This document shows, in pieces, positions 1 through 18,290 of a stretch of DNA of 64,000 nucleotides. This DNA is from Eledone cirrhosa (taxonomy: Eukaryota). The notes under the pieces were generated by a model that worked only from the letters and a program-made list of their open reading frames with translations, did no database searches and was not told the DNA's origin. The stretch covers positions 411,494,001 to 411,558,000 of the forward strand of contig OZ024740.1 of NCBI GenBank assembly GCA_964016885.1, written 5' to 3'. The translations under genes were made by a program, and so were the position numbers. Positions within the stretch are counted from its first letter, which is position 1. Every line of letters starts with the position of its first letter.

Positions 1-385
1 TTTAGATTGCATTTACATCGAAACTTTCAAACTATGCATTCATAGCTTCTATTTACATCGCACCTCTAATTATTTCATTATCAGCATTAATGAATGATTA
101 ATAAGCTACTAATCTCTTTACTTTCTCAAATTAGAATTAACTTGTTTAAACATTGCATCAAACAATATTTTTGTTTTTACTAGATATAATGATTACAGAC
201 TTTTCCAAGCGATCTCAACAATGTATAATTCTCGTTAACATCACTTGTAAAGTGATAGTCGGAATTTCATTTTTACATAGTAAATTATTTAATGACATCT
301 AATCCGCTATTGCTAATCTATTGCTATTTCGTATGAAGCAAACATGAGATATGACAAATAACCATTAATAAAAGTAATCTCTCAT

Positions 386-528
386 AATTGTCTCTACTTT
401 TGGCACAAGGCCAGCAATTATCCAATACATTACTGGTGCTTTATTTTATCGACCTCGTAAGGATGAAAGGCAAAGTTAAACTCGGCGGGATTTGAACTCA
501 GATCATAAAGGGACCTAACTATGCTGGA
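386..528 (-). mobile_element. tRNA-derived SINE (Nin/Deu-like central domain), 5'-truncated
   Basis: Matches the copy at 30415-30597 on the reverse strand. Confidence 0.8.
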
Positions 529-1326
529 TCTCTCATAATGTTAAGAAGTTGTGATGTTAGCATTGTGAAAACATTATTTACTTTGAACTAAAAGATGATT
601 TATTAATTTCGATGTATTTATCACAACTATTTACTGCAGACAGTTGAACAAATCTAATGTAACTTAACAGATAGAACACATTTTCTTCCCATCAATATGT
701 TTTTTTCGTTTTCCAGAATTTTTAACATTTCTATTTTTTTGCCGGTCATTTTCTTCATAACGTCCTTCCTTTCTTCCTTTCTAATGTTCTTTCTTTCTTT
801 CTTTCTTTCTTTCATTCATTCTCCATTTTCACTCAGTTAATGCTTTCATTAATAAATCCGTTTATATCTCACAAAACATTCGTCTCATCTGAATATTTCA
901 CATCCTTTACAATAAAAAGCGACGATTAGAAAACTAGAGCCAATTATTTCAAATACCATTCAAATATCTACTACGCATGTAAAGCATTAAGTTGTTTTTC
1001 TTATAGCACACATCAAATTCTATTATGTTAAGATACTTAAATATATTCACATAGATATGGCAGATTTATGTCAACATTAGTACATAGGTATAAAGGTAGT
1101 GAATGCACACAGGCTTACATGTATGATATGTTATGTGATATTTGTTATCGCACACACACACACACACATAAATACGCACACACACACACGCACACACACA
1201 CGTATATATATAAAAGCTACAAAACTCTGTTACACATATATATATATAACGAAGGAGGTGTGGGAAGGAACCAGGTGGAACATAACGCACCAAAGTACTC
1301 AATACTTTGGGTAGTAGAGTGGGTAA

Positions 1327-1365
1327 TAGGAAAAGAGTCAGAACCCCAGGGGTTCAGAACCTTTT

Positions 1366-1399
<34 letters not shown>

Positions 1400-1438
1400 A
1401 AAAGGTTCTGAACCCCTGGGGTTCTGACTCTTTTCCTA
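1327..1438. repeat. 41-bp inverted repeat around a (TA)n spacer
   Basis: ataggaaaagagtcagaaccccaggggttcagaaccttttcc / ggaaaaggttctgaacccctggggttctgactcttttcctat. Confidence 0.9.
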
Positions 1439-1467
1439 TATATGTGTATATATGTATATATATGTAT

Positions 1468-1525
<58 letters not shown>

Positions 1526-1613
1526 ATGTATATATATATATATGTGTATATATATATATATGTGTATGTATATATATATGTGTGTGTATGTATATATATA
1601 TATATATATATTA

Positions 1614-1647
<34 letters not shown>

Positions 1648-1670
1648 ATGTATATATATATATATATATA

Positions 1671-1729
<59 letters not shown>

Positions 1730-1818
1730 ATGTATATATATATATATGTGTATATATATATGTGTGTGTATGTATGTATATATATATATATATATATATT
1801 AATATATATATATATATA

Positions 1819-1864
<46 letters not shown>

Positions 1865-1875
1865 TGTATATATAT

Positions 1876-1912
<37 letters not shown>

Positions 1913-1998
1913 CATATATATATTTATATATATGTATATATATATATATTATATATATATATATAATATATATATACAGATATATATATATATATACA

Positions 1999-2084
<86 letters not shown>

Positions 2085-2100
2085 TATATTTATATATATG

Positions 2101-2132
<32 letters not shown>

Positions 2133-2155
2133 ATAATATATATATATATATATTT
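1439..2155. repeat. (TA)n microsatellite
   Basis: Direct inspection. Confidence 0.95.
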
Positions 2156-2218
2156 AACGGCCAGGAATTAGTTTTGCAAGGTTTTTGATATGAAATCGTG
2201 TGTCGAAACAAATATATA

Positions 2219-2518
2219 TATACTTGGGGAGGGTCATATTTGTGTAATATTGCCAGAATTAATAACAGAACACACTCACTGTTTGGTTGGTTTTCGCTTC
2301 TGTGTCTTTTATATCGGTAATTTAATGTATTCGGTCCTCAATCTTGCCATTGACTGACCAACGGTCAAAAATACAGATACAATATAGACACAAACACATA
2401 TATATAGTTTATCAAAGTACTTTCCTTGCACATCTGCAACATCGTCAGTGGTGCTATTGTTTCCACCCATTGCATTGTATTTTCTACGCCATCTTTATTT
2501 AGTCTGTTTATATATTTA

Positions 2519-2549
<31 letters not shown>

Positions 2550-2780
2550 ACAGACTAAATAAAGATGGCGTAGAAAATACAATGCAATAAACTATATATA
2601 TGTGTTTGTGTCTATATTGTATCTGTATTTTTGACCGTTGGTCAGTCAATGGCAAGATTGAGGACCGAATACATTAAATTACCGATATAAAAGACACAGA
2701 AGCGAAAACCAACCAAACAGTGAGTGTGTTCTGTTATTAATTCTGGCAATATTACACAAATATGACCCTCCCCAAGTATA
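2219..2780. mobile_element. Fold-back element made of two inverted PLE-type termini
   Basis: Outer arms 2219-2412 / 2587-2780 and inner arms 2469-2510 / 2547-2588 are reverse complements. Ends read TATACTTGGGGAGGGTCAT, as in the 23056/40290/50673 family; (TA)n on both sides. Confidence 0.85.
2411..2452 (-). ncRNA. Minimal type I hammerhead motif (stem I imperfect)
   Basis: Minus strand: acca-CTGACGA-tg-ttgca-gatg-tgcaa-g-GAAAG-ta-CTT-tgat; palindromic AAAGTACTTT. Confidence 0.65.
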
Positions 2781-3955
<1,175 letters not shown>

Positions 3956-4876
3956 GCATTCCCAACTGAATACACTTGTACTTTTTCTAAAAAAAATTGC
4001 TTTACGTTTTTTCGACTTCAGCTATTTTTCTGTTTCTTCATTTGATACTTAATGTCTCTTTTGATGAGGAACAACTTTCAGGTGGACGTGATGCTATATA
4101 TCCCCTATGTTATATTATATGTGATTCGTTAGATACCATTATGTTTATAATCTATCGTTTGAGTCCAACACTGTATTCTATTTTGAAATATACTTTGCTA
4201 AATATTTAAATAAATATATTTCATGATATTTAATGCACAGACAGCCGCGTATTAAACCGACAATGTTTCGGTTGATTTTGGAGGTGAAATTAAGGAAAAT
4301 CTTGGCAAAACCTAAGCGCAAACATATATGGAAATTATCTTCTAAATGATGAGAAATATATAATCGAGAAAGATAATTTCAGAAAGAAAAATGTTGACGA
4401 ATATTTTATTGTATTTTGGCAAATACAATAAAATAACTAAAATGAAAATATATGTTAAAGACCTTACTAAAGTGCTAGGATACGACATTATTATATTCTT
4501 ACCTATCGAAATAAAGATATATTGTGTTAAACTAAAATAATGAATATATCGGGTAAATAATTATAGAAAAAGAAAGATAAAATATTTGCAAATTATAGAA
4601 GTCACACGATAAGTTGTCTTAATAAAACATATAATAAAATGTTCACATTCTTGATTGTGAAAGTAAAAACTTATCATTTCTTATTGAACAATTAGTGATT
4701 TTATGATATTCTACCAATGAAATCTCTGTTTATTAGCTAGATATCGGAAGGTGTGGAAAAGATCAATGTGCATATTTACCAGGAATAATATTGGGAATTA
4801 ATATCCTAAGGAACGGGAATCAAAAAATACTTTTGAAGTATGAAGTTAAAATTAAATCAGTAAGTTTGCAGATATG

Positions 4877-4968
<92 letters not shown>

Positions 4969-5137
4969 TATATATAATATATATATATATGTATATATAT
5001 TTTAAACAGCGAACGAGTTTGAAATTAGAAATAGAAGTTTTCGCCGTAATTTTTTACTAAAGAAATTTTAGCCTGATAGTGGGGTTCAGAACCCTCTAAG
5101 AAATGGAAATGGATGACTATTGACGTACACACACACA

Positions 5138-5243
<106 letters not shown>

Positions 5244-6064
5244 AATTTGCGTGTGTGTGAATGTATGAATTCGCTAAGAAAACCTTACGAATGATTTTGA
5301 TTACATAAATATTTTATAGCTCAACCAACCTACATTCACAGTTATTTTTCATATTTATATAACAAATGGTATCTTAATCTGCAATTAAAACAACAGCTCT
5401 ATTATATCGAACATTAACTGTGAATATTTTTGTTTTATATATTAAAAAACTATTTATGCACTCAATGTTTCTAAATGTTGGTAAGTACGTGTTAGAGGGG
5501 TCGGAATAAGACTGAATTATGTACGGCGTTGTCACAATAATTAAAACATTTTAAGACTCATTTCCACTCCTTGCCTCCCATTCAAATTTTAATACGATTG
5601 TAATAATGAAGAAATAATAATCATTTCTACTCACAACACTGACAGATCCGACTTGACTAACGTATGGGAAGTATTATGAATATGAATAGAAATATGTAAA
5701 ATACGTCATTGCGGGCTTGGAAGGATTGCCAAATGACACTAGTAGCACCCTCCAATTCCGTCAAAAACAAAATAAAGGAAAGACAATACGATCTAACAAT
5801 TGCTATTGTATGAATGTGAAATAAGTACATTCAAGGATTCAGTCTTCGGCTAGCATTAAATCCTAGATTCTTTTGACATATATTAAGACTTATTGATCGC
5901 ACACACACACACACACACACACGCCCACAAGCATATCACTGTTTAAAAAATGAAGTTAACCGCTAAGCTATGGGACAAAATCGCAGTGATATTCAAAAAG
6001 CAAAACACATACACATCCTCCCGTAAAAATGCATACACACATATACAAATACAATTTCAGAACA

Positions 6065-6096
<32 letters not shown>

Positions 6097-6257
6097 CGAA
6101 TGTCTCCGTCTACTAGATTTCAATCACAAGGCATTGATTAAAACGAAGCTATACAAGAAAAAAAAAGGACCTGTTTCAACGCAGCGGGACTTGAGCTAGA
6201 AGTGATTGATTGCGAAGCGAACTCCAAAACCTCTAATTCATACCTGCGTCTATGAAT

Positions 6258-6299
<42 letters not shown>

Positions 6300-6416
6300 C
6301 AGCGTGAGTGCAAAGTCCCTCCCTAGTCTTTTTCTTGATTCAAATATGACATACATCATCTATATTGAAGTTTGATTAGTCAATCATATTCACTTTCGTA
6401 TGTGTAAACAAATAAT

Positions 6417-6620
6417 GGTTTCTTATATAGGCACAAGGCCAGCAATATTTTGGGAGGAGAAAGTCGATTTAAATCGACCCCAGTGCGTAACTGGTACTTT
6501 ATTTTATCGACCCGTAAGGATGAACGGCAAAGTTAACCTCGGCGGGATTTGAACTCAGAAGGGCAAGCGCCGTAACTCTATGCGTCTGACCCTCTACCGA
6601 TACTGCCAATCCACCGCCCT
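6417..6620 (-). mobile_element. tRNA-derived SINE
   Basis: A box TGGCAGTATCGG, B box GAGTTCAAATCC and central domain on the minus strand. Confidence 0.85.
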
Positions 6621-6689
6621 CATTTCATTTCCATTATTATATGTGTAGTGAACTGAAGCAAAAATGTTATCAACTGAAGAAGGTATTTC

Positions 6690-8760
<2,071 letters not shown>

Positions 8761-9463
8761 TATATAGTGTCTTTAAATATGTTTTATGAAAGGTACTTAT
8801 TGTAAGCCTAAATCTGTTTGTAGGTAGAACATAATTTTCATTTTGATCTGCCTACTCTCCATTGATTCGTCAATGTCGTATTTTCCACAGACGTATACAA
8901 TGAGCAAACAAATTTGGCGCTAGAAAAATTTATGTACATATGTTTTACAGAGATGCCAAATGCTGTAACAGAGAGCAAACGAATTTGAAATTAGAACAAA
9001 CTATTTACATATGTTTGACCGGAAACGATCATTGTGTTTCGGGTTATCATAAATAGATTTTCTAAAGCGCTCGACTTTGTGGCACCTGGAACACTTACTT
9101 TCGTTTATAATAAGTTTGCTATAACGACCAGTAATTACTCTGGAGATCATTTTACCCGCTCCTATTCAACTGTGAGAGACGTAGGTTCAGAGAAGTCGAA
9201 GAAGGGGAAAGTGAGGGAAAAATATAGTATATATATATATAAATAAATATAGTGAGTGAGTTGAATTACAAACTATAGAAAATATCGAACGTACGAAGAA
9301 AGCTGTGAAAACAGGTTGGATAAGATATGCCTATAGACAGATAAAGTTGCCGGTCAGCTACCATTAATTTGAGAAGTAAAGGGGTTCGCCTCAGTGTAGA
9401 GACTGCTGACCACTTCAGTATATAGGCGTATCTTCCCTGCGTTCGAGATTATCTACACACATA

Positions 9464-9550
<87 letters not shown>

Positions 9551-9555
<5 letters not shown>

Positions 9556-9633
9556 AACCAAATAGTGAGTGTGTTCTGCTATTAATTCTGGCAATGGTAT
9601 TACAACAATATGACCCTCCTCAAGTATAACAAT
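9551..9633 (-). mobile_element. Short terminal fragment of the same PLE-end family
   Basis: aaccaaccaaatagtgagtgtgttctg...tatgaccctcctcaagtataacaa matches 2707-2780; embedded in (TA)n. Confidence 0.8.
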
Positions 9634-9646
9634 ATATATACAGGTA

Positions 9647-9713
<67 letters not shown>

Positions 9714-10229
9714 ATTCATATATACATTAGACCAAATATATACAAATGTATTAGGGTAATTTGGTGGCTACAAGCCGGTTTTTGTGATTGCCTCTCTCTG
9801 AAAGCGGGCAAGCTTTAATTTTAGCACCATATACCGAAACGGTTATGATTTTTTTCTATTCGGATTGGAGTATTAATATCAATAGACTATTTGAAATTTC
9901 AATAATTACTGCATCCATCTCAAATGAAAATTTATAAATACAAGAGAAGGAGAAGTGTATCTCCTTGACTGATTGAAACTACAGATATATACATTTTAGA
10001 CTCGCACGAATCATTGAAACACACTTCCCAGATGTACACATTTCTCTTTTGTGTTGTGAGTATATTTTACTCTGTTTATGTGTATTTTAAAGGAATATAG
10101 ATACTTAAAAATACAGCGTATGTCAGTACGTATGTTAGTGCGTTCGTGAATGTCTGAGTTTGAATGTTTCTGCCAATGCTTTGTTATATATTCCTGTATT
10201 TTGGAAAATTAATTTATATTACTATGACA

Positions 10230-10302
<73 letters not shown>

Positions 10303-11121
10303 TGTGTGCATGTGAGTGTGACTTTCTGTTTGAGTAACTTTCTCTGTGTGTTTTTGTGTTTTTGTGCGTTTATGCGTTTGCACATGTGTGTTTATTTTTG
10401 TACGTGCATCCGTGTGTATGTATATGTGTGCGTCCCAGTATTTTTGTATGTGTACATGCTTGAATTTCTGTGTTTGTGCTTCTTCCTTTTATAAATGTTA
10501 AATGTTATAAATCTTTTATGCCATCATGGTGAATATTTTCATAGGAAAACGATATTGGAATTTGTGCATATTTTACCTCTATCAAGTAATTTTAGGGAAC
10601 GCTTATCAATATTTTCATGCTGAACTTGTAACGAATATCCCGCCAACTCTATCAGCTAATATAATATTCTAGAACTGGAAAAGACACGGCACCTAGAACG
10701 TTATTATATTCGTTAATTTTGAGGATAAATATTCCAAGACTATAAATAATACAAACGAAGAAATTATATACGAATTCTTTCAATAACATTTTAGAGAAAG
10801 ATTTAAGCGTAGCAAACTCTATTTTCTTTAGAGGTTCAGAACTAATTTGAATTGTTCCTTTTTATGCAAAGTATTGTATTCATAAATTATCTTTAACCTT
10901 TGATTCGTCTTCAGAATCAGATATCCTTCCTTGTGTTATCATTATTGATGCGTATTTCCATCGAGTGACAAAATAATGGGTGTTTGACATGGATTGTAAG
11001 ACGTAGCTTATACCTAGAGTGACTTACCTTTAGTGACCGGGTTTTGTGGGACAATTTAAATTTATTATATATATCAATATACGTATCCTCTTTGCATTTT
11101 AGTCTTCACATTTATTATTAT

Positions 11122-11158
<37 letters not shown>

Positions 11159-11699
11159 ATTACTTAAACTTTAGATTTATACTATGTGTTATGCTAAAAC
11201 TTCATTAGCATAATACAGGTGATATGATTAATTAGATTCCGAAATATGACAACTTCTGCGTAGCCTTTGCGTTGTGACTTTCAGAAAATAGTTTTATAAA
11301 ACTAAGGCTTGTGCCAATAGTAGAAACAATTATATCTTACTACTCAGCCCTCTTTAATCATTATAACTATTCAAAATATTGGCAGTAAAACATTACATTA
11401 ATACCACGAGGCATTTTAAAAGAAAACAATATGTTTCTCTGTTAAATAATTATGTATTATTCAATTTAATTTGCTAATATTGGTTGCTTATAGAATTATA
11501 AGCCTCCTATGGCAAACTGGAAATTTCTAGCTAATTTTGTAAATTTCAACGATAATAACTTATGTCCCGTTTCCCCCAACAATTTATGGTCACATTTGGT
11601 ATATCACTATTCATATTGCTATCTTTAACAAACACAATACAGTTGTTATCACTGCAATTTATGTGTGAATTTTGTCCATATTTTAAAACCTTATGTTAG

Positions 11700-12086
11700 T
11701 CAGCTGATAAGGCTCTCAGTGGAATGAGGAGCTTTGAACATGACGATACAGGTGATAAGTATTGTAACGCATACGAAGATAGTGAGGAACAGACGATCAA
11801 CTATCTGCGCCACCTGTTGCCATTCCAATTTTATAACATCTCTGCGGTCTTGCTCCGCGAGACGAATTTCGTTTCGTTCTATCGTTTGATACACTTTTGT
11901 AAGGACTCTTTTGAATTGTCTCTCGAAATCATCACTTGAGTGCGTAGGCGACGTTAACCGACTTGGCAAACCACGTAGCCGACTGAATCTGGGCGACAGA
12001 ATACCGCCATTGCTGGTTTCTAGATCCCCGTGGAAGCGTGTTTCTCGAATCATCGATTGTGGCTGGCTAAATGTGGGGTTCATTTC
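11700..12086 (-). CDS. Terminal coding exon of a nicotinic acetylcholine receptor-like (Cys-loop) subunit: end of M3-M4 loop, MA helix, M4
   Basis: Translation ends ...RRDVIKLEWQQVAQIVDRLFLTIFVCVTILITCIVMFKAP..., matching the EW..VA..DR.FL..F pre-M4/M4 signature of nAChRs. Polypyrimidine tract and acceptor (tttttctttgcttattttag|GAA ATG) at 12087/12086, phase 0; TGA at 11700-11702. Confidence 0.9.
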   Translation of the reverse strand, partial: EMNPTFSQPQSMIRETRFHGDLETSNGGILSPRFSRLRGLPSRLTSPTHSSDDFERQFKRVLTKVYQTIERNEIRLAEQDRRDVIKLEWQQVAQIVDRLFLTIFVCVTILITCIVMFKAPHSTESLIS

Positions 12087-12328
12087 CTAAAATAAGCAAA
12101 GAAAAATTAAAAAACAAAATGAGTAGGTATAGAATTAATCATCAGCAATTACTACATAGATAAGATAAAGCAGTTAAACTAAGAAAACAATAAACATGAA
12201 AACTGTCTGCTGCATAATATCACGTGTTGCAAAATAATCAACAACAATTCCTACAATATTAGTCACAACCACACTAGCATTTGCAACAGTAAGAACAGAC
12301 AAAATAACAACAATCACTGCACCCCCCC

Positions 12329-12380
<52 letters not shown>

Positions 12381-12555
12381 TTGTGTGTGCATGTGTGTGC
12401 TTGTGTTTGTTTGTGCATGTGTATAACATATTTTTTCTAAAATGTTATTCTCTGAACAAGCAACACAAATACAAATGGATATAATAGCAACAGTAACTGT
12501 CATTAACAACAGCAATATCAACTGCAAAATAAGCATAATAGTAGTAATAATAATA

Positions 12556-12744
12556 ATTGTTTCTACGTTTGGCACAAGGCCAGCAATTATCCAGTGCATT
12601 ACTGGTACTTTATTTTATCGACCCCGTAAAGATGAAAGGCAAAATTAACCTCGGCCGGATTTGAACTCAGAATGGCAAGGGCCGTAACTCTATGCGTCAA
12701 AGCATGGCGTCCGACCCTCTACCGATACTGCCAATCCACCGCCT
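12556..12744 (-). mobile_element. tRNA-derived SINE
   Basis: Same family; (AAT)n tail. Confidence 0.85.
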
Positions 12745-12777
12745 TTAGTAGTAAATATAGTAATAATAATAATATAA

Positions 12778-13500
12778 TGATTTCTTTATTAGCCATACAG
12801 GGCTCAAATTAAGAAAACATTAAATACAGCACAGGAAGGTATAGTGTCGGATTTTTCTGTGTAAAATAATATTTATAACAGAGTATAAGAAATTTTACAT
12901 TTTAAAAAAATCAAACGTAAGTCACTCGTGGAGAAATCCCACAAAAACCACAATCACCCTGTTGTCTTCCTCCAATTGACAGGTGTATGTTCAGGGTAAG
13001 TCCATTCACTCGGACCATACTCACCACTCTCACCCCACATTCAACAATCAGGTTAAACGCAGCATTTCCACCTCAACCCTGATTTCTTCTTCAAGGCCAG
13101 AGAGGAAATTGCTTGTCTTCAAGGCTTTCAAACACGTCCACCACAGGGCCTCGTCATTGCCAGTCGACAGACAAACATTCCCTGTCTTTCCCGGCTAAAA
13201 GAAGGTGGTGGGTGGTCTTCACGATGGACTCAGTTGTTAGCCGGTTCCTTTCTACACGGAGTAGTAAGTGTTTGTCATAGACTCACAATTCAGCCATACT
13301 CTAATAATGGACAAATAAATTCAGGACAGTTTTATCACCCTGTGCGCATCTCACAAAAGACTGGCTGACGGCACTTTCATGCTTTTAGATTTTATCTTGA
13401 ACTGACAATGCTCACCGGTAGCTAGGCCAGGGATTTCTGGAAATTATCTATGGGCTTTTGACCGAATGCCATCCGGAATAGAGTGGCTAATTGTATTTCG
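12778..13500 (-). mobile_element. Degenerate 3' fragment of a related Tx1-like LINE
   Basis: Colinear similarity to about 35990-36830 (tttctttatt-gcca..., ccattcac.cgg.ccat.ctc.ccact.tcaccc, ggccagagag, gaaggtgg.gg, ttc.gga); flanked by (AAT)n. Confidence 0.7.
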
Positions 13501-14199
13501 TCTGATAATAATAATAATAGCAACAGAACCACGACGATGACATCAATAGAGCATCAAAAGTCACAAGCGAAAATCAACAGCATAAGAAAGTAAAAAAAGA
13601 AATAGCAAGAAAATAATAACACCAACTACGTCAAAAACAACAACAATCTTTTGATTTAGAAATGAGATAGCGAAACAATATATATATAATTTAGGAACCA
13701 ACTCAGAGTTGAATGCAAAAGTGGGTACAACATTAACAGTAACGAAAAAAATATTTATATAAGCAAACATCAACGAAAAAAAGTGTGCAAGAATAAATTA
13801 ATAAAATAAGTAAAAACAAGAGATGTACACAGATAGCATTTACAGCAAGACAATAGTTGAATTTGATAGAAACCTCCGAAAATCGATATTGAACACTCAT
13901 ACGTACGTAAGACACATAGGCGAGTGCACACAAATATGCAGATGCATATACATACACTTGGCTTCTCTAGAAGAAAATCTAAGCCAACTTCTTCGGGAAT
14001 TCAGCAAATTCTTAATCTTTTGTATAGTAACAAAGACTAACATTTGTTTCGGGATGATTGTTCCTCGGCGGGTACAATATATATTATACAATGAAGAGTT
14101 TCATTTGTCAACCGCAGTTTCACTCAGAACAAAAACACTAACAGAAGCATCTCCTACCACATGACTGTAACACATGCAGTAGCAGCAGTTAAAACAATT

Positions 14200-14363
14200 T
14201 CTTCTTCTTCTTCCTCCACCGCCACAGCCATCAACACCACCCACAATACCACCACCACTATCACCACCGCCGCCGCCACCACCCACAATACCACAGCCAC
14301 CACCACCGCCGCCACCACCGCTGCCGCCACCACCCACAATAATACCCCCCCCCCTTTCCACAA

Positions 14364-14399
<36 letters not shown>

Positions 14400-14412
14400 A
14401 AGCAATCATCAT
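14200..14412. repeat. Compound trinucleotide repeat (TCT/ACC/GCC/ACT)
   Basis: Direct inspection. Confidence 0.9.
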
Positions 14413-14702
14413 TATTTCTTACATAGACACATTAGAAATAATGTTGAAGATTAAAAATAGAATGTTGGTGGCAATAACTACGTCGCCATGATTGTGATAT
14501 TGAGAATAAAACAATAATGATTGAGATTATAATGCTGATGATGATATTGGCACAAGGCTACATATTTTTAGAAGCTTGTAGTCGATGACATCAATCACAT
14601 TATTTGACTGGAACTTATATTGTTGAAAGAGCTTCGACAAAATGTTTGAGTCATATACTGTGAGGTAAAAATAGATCTTCATATGATTCGAACACGGAAT
14701 CT

Positions 14703-15074
14703 CAGACCTGTCAACTCTCCCCGTCCGAGGGGGAGATCTTCCAGGCACTTTGGGGTGGATGAGAGATGACTTCTCTTGTGAAAATGAGTATAGCTTTCAT
14801 TATGTAATATCGGTAGAGGGTCGGACGCTATGCTTTCCAACATAGTTGCGTCCCTGTATGGTCTGAGTTCAAATCCCGTCGAGGTTAACTTTGCCTTTCA
14901 TCCTTACGGGGTCGATAAAATAAAGTATCAGTAACGCACTGGGTAATTGATAGCCTTGTGCCAAAAGTAGAAACGATGATTTAAAATCTCCCCATTTTGC
15001 CTTATTTCTCCCCGTTTTGGGGCACATCTTTCCATGGTACTCCCCAATTGGGGTTTTAGAGTTCGGCAGGTCTG
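14703..15074. mobile_element. MITE with TIRs and 6-bp target-site duplication, interrupted by a SINE
   Basis: Termini CAGACCTGTC-AACTCT / AGAGTTCGGCAGGTCTG; GAATCT at 14697-14702 and 15075-15080. Confidence 0.8.
14806..14976 (+). mobile_element. tRNA-derived SINE nested in a MITE
   Basis: tatcggtagagggtcggacg...gagttcaaatccc...gcctttcatccttacggggtcgataaaataaagta. Confidence 0.85.
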
Positions 15075-15242
15075 GAATCTAGATGCACATAACTCAATCA
15101 CTCAGATCGTTTTATTGTTCATGCAATTCTACTGCTCAAATAAGAAAATTGAGTTCATTCCTTGAAAGTAGCAATTTGATTCTTCCCTCCGCGGAGAGGT
15201 GAAAGGAAATTCAAGCTTGGCTCCGGTCTTTACACTTACATA

Positions 15243-15440
15243 CAGACCTGTCAACTCTCCCCGTCCGACGGGTACATCTCCCACCCACTTTGGGATGGGT
15301 GAAAGTTGTCTTCTCTTGTGAAAATGGGTATATCTTTCTTTATGTATAACATCCCTATGTTGCCTCATTTCTCCCCGTTATTTCTCCCCACTTATTTTCA
15401 TGGTACTCCCCGTTTGGGGTTTTAGAGGTTGCCAGGCCAG
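15243..15440. mobile_element. Second, uninterrupted copy of the same MITE
   Basis: cagacctgtcaactctccccgtccga...catggtactcccc.tttggggttttagaggttgccagg; no clear TSD. Confidence 0.75.
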
Positions 15441-16215
15441 CAGATATAAAAAAAGGTCAGCTTAACATGATATTGCACTGCTTCTGTCATTGTTTGCAGT
15501 ACAGATATATCTAAAACCTTAATTTCATGTAAATGATGTGTAGAATTGGGGTGAAGAATGAATGAGTGAGTATCTGACTGATAAAATGACAAGTCAGTCA
15601 ATCCTACCGGTGGCCTGCCCCGGCGGACAGAATGGAGAAGGCGTCCCCCGGAGGACGGTAACGGAGATTATTCCCAGAACACGAAAGTAATTAACACTGC
15701 CTCCATTCTTAGGTTATTTGTGACATATGTTTCCATTCCTTTAGTTATATGCACAAATACTTAATTGATAAGAACGGTGTAGACACATACATTTCAATGA
15801 AAAATACATATTAACTTTTGGCATAAGGACAATTAATAAACAATGGAGTAGTATATTGTCGCGATCTTTTGTTCTGAATATTATATAACAGCTAATTATT
15901 TTATATCCTTTATGGATGAAATTAAAAATTTGTTTACAGGATTTGAACCACTGAAAGAGAGACAAAAATAGAGGTAAAGTGATATAGACAGAAGTCTGGC
16001 AATAATGCATACTTTGGCAGTAGAGATTTTACTGACAGATGAGAAGCATCTTACCCATTGTTACTTCAAGTAATGCAAACTCAAGAGAAACACTATAATT
16101 TATAATGTTTAATGTGAGCGGATTCATGCCATAATCTCTTAGTAAAATTGCAGCTTAAGTAAATGTTTTAAATAATCACGCACACATGAATATACTTCTC
16201 AAGTTAGTTATTTAT

Positions 16216-16250
<35 letters not shown>

Positions 16251-16282
16251 TACACACTTACACATACACACACATTCACCCC

Positions 16283-16321
<39 letters not shown>

Positions 16322-16345
16322 ATAATAATAAAATTGAAGACTAAA

Positions 16346-16401
16346 ATCCCGTTAAGGGTGAAAGCAGCGATTCTTTGCTTAAACTTTAATCTGTTATTTT
16401 A

Positions 16402-16405
<4 letters not shown>
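16346..16405 (+). mobile_element. Isolated 3' tip of the 18-20 kb PLE pseudo-LTR
   Basis: atcccgttaagggtgaaagcagcgattctttgcttaaactttaatctgttattttaataa matches 20144-20203; lies between (TA)n tracts. Confidence 0.85.
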
Positions 16406-16442
<37 letters not shown>

Positions 16443-17520
16443 TATATAATCACGTATACATGTGTGTCTGTTGGTATTATACATTGACAGAGAGTGAGAG
16501 AGAAAGAGAGAGATAGGTATAGAAATAAAATCGAATGCAGAAGAGCAAGGATATAAAGGAAATTATAACAGAGAAGTACATGTGTAGGATTGTAAACATG
16601 ATGGTTGTAAAGGTGAGTTCAGCGTGAAGCCACGTGAGTGAGTGCAAGCACAAAGAAAAGCGCTGTGAATGAGCATGCAAGAACACATAAGTGCAAATAC
16701 GTGTGTTTATATAAATATATATACATACGGAAACGAATGTGTAAAAACACAGAAACATTTCCATACCCAGCTAAAAGTGTACAGCAGCATATTATTAAAA
16801 GCATACATACAAACACACACATTCTCACGCTATATAATTAAGTAAATGTATACATCTTACTCACAAATACAAGTCCACAGACAAGTCCAGGTACACACGC
16901 ACAGCCGACTATGGGCCAGGTTTGCACATTCAAACGCACGCACGTTATCTATGTATATATGAATCGAGCTACACAGTTGGGCATGCAAATACACATGTGT
17001 AGACGTGTATGAGCAATTACAACTACACCTATACGAATATTCTGGCAATCAAGCACTCACCGAGGATCAATCAATTTTAGGCGTACCCACACTAAAATGT
17101 AATGTCTGTCTCAAGCTCGGAGGCTATTCATGCAGATATTTATCCCGGTTTCCGTAGTGTTAAGGACCTGAGAGTAAAATAATTCTCCCTGGTTAGGAAA
17201 CCAGACCATCGCAGGGTCAAACATCCATGTACTGATGCTACACATTTTCAGCTGAGTATATTGGTGATACCTGAAATGATTTGTTTTACTCATGAACACG
17301 ACACAAGCCGGTCGAGGAATCGAACCCACGGTTTAATGCCCGTTTCACTAGGCCACCCATACAGTGAAGGTGTAACCACACAGAGCAGACAAATATTGTA
17401 AGTGCTTTTGAGTATCAGGAACGCTGAAGATTTAGCTAGATTGGGATCGAAGAGTTGTACCCGGTTGACTAGAGGTTTGTCGGTTAAAAATATACTGATA
17501 GCCGAAGAGTACGATACAAT

Positions 17521-18290
<770 letters not shown>

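Noticed and set aside
11700-12086. Cephalopod chemotactile receptor
   Set aside because: The exon has a canonical nAChR pre-M4/M4 signature, a long intracellular loop and an upstream intron. The ligand-binding exons needed to assign a subtype were not found, so no gene symbol is given.
14101-14454. Gly-rich or Thr-rich ORFs
   Set aside because: Products of a trinucleotide microsatellite; no supporting exon evidence.
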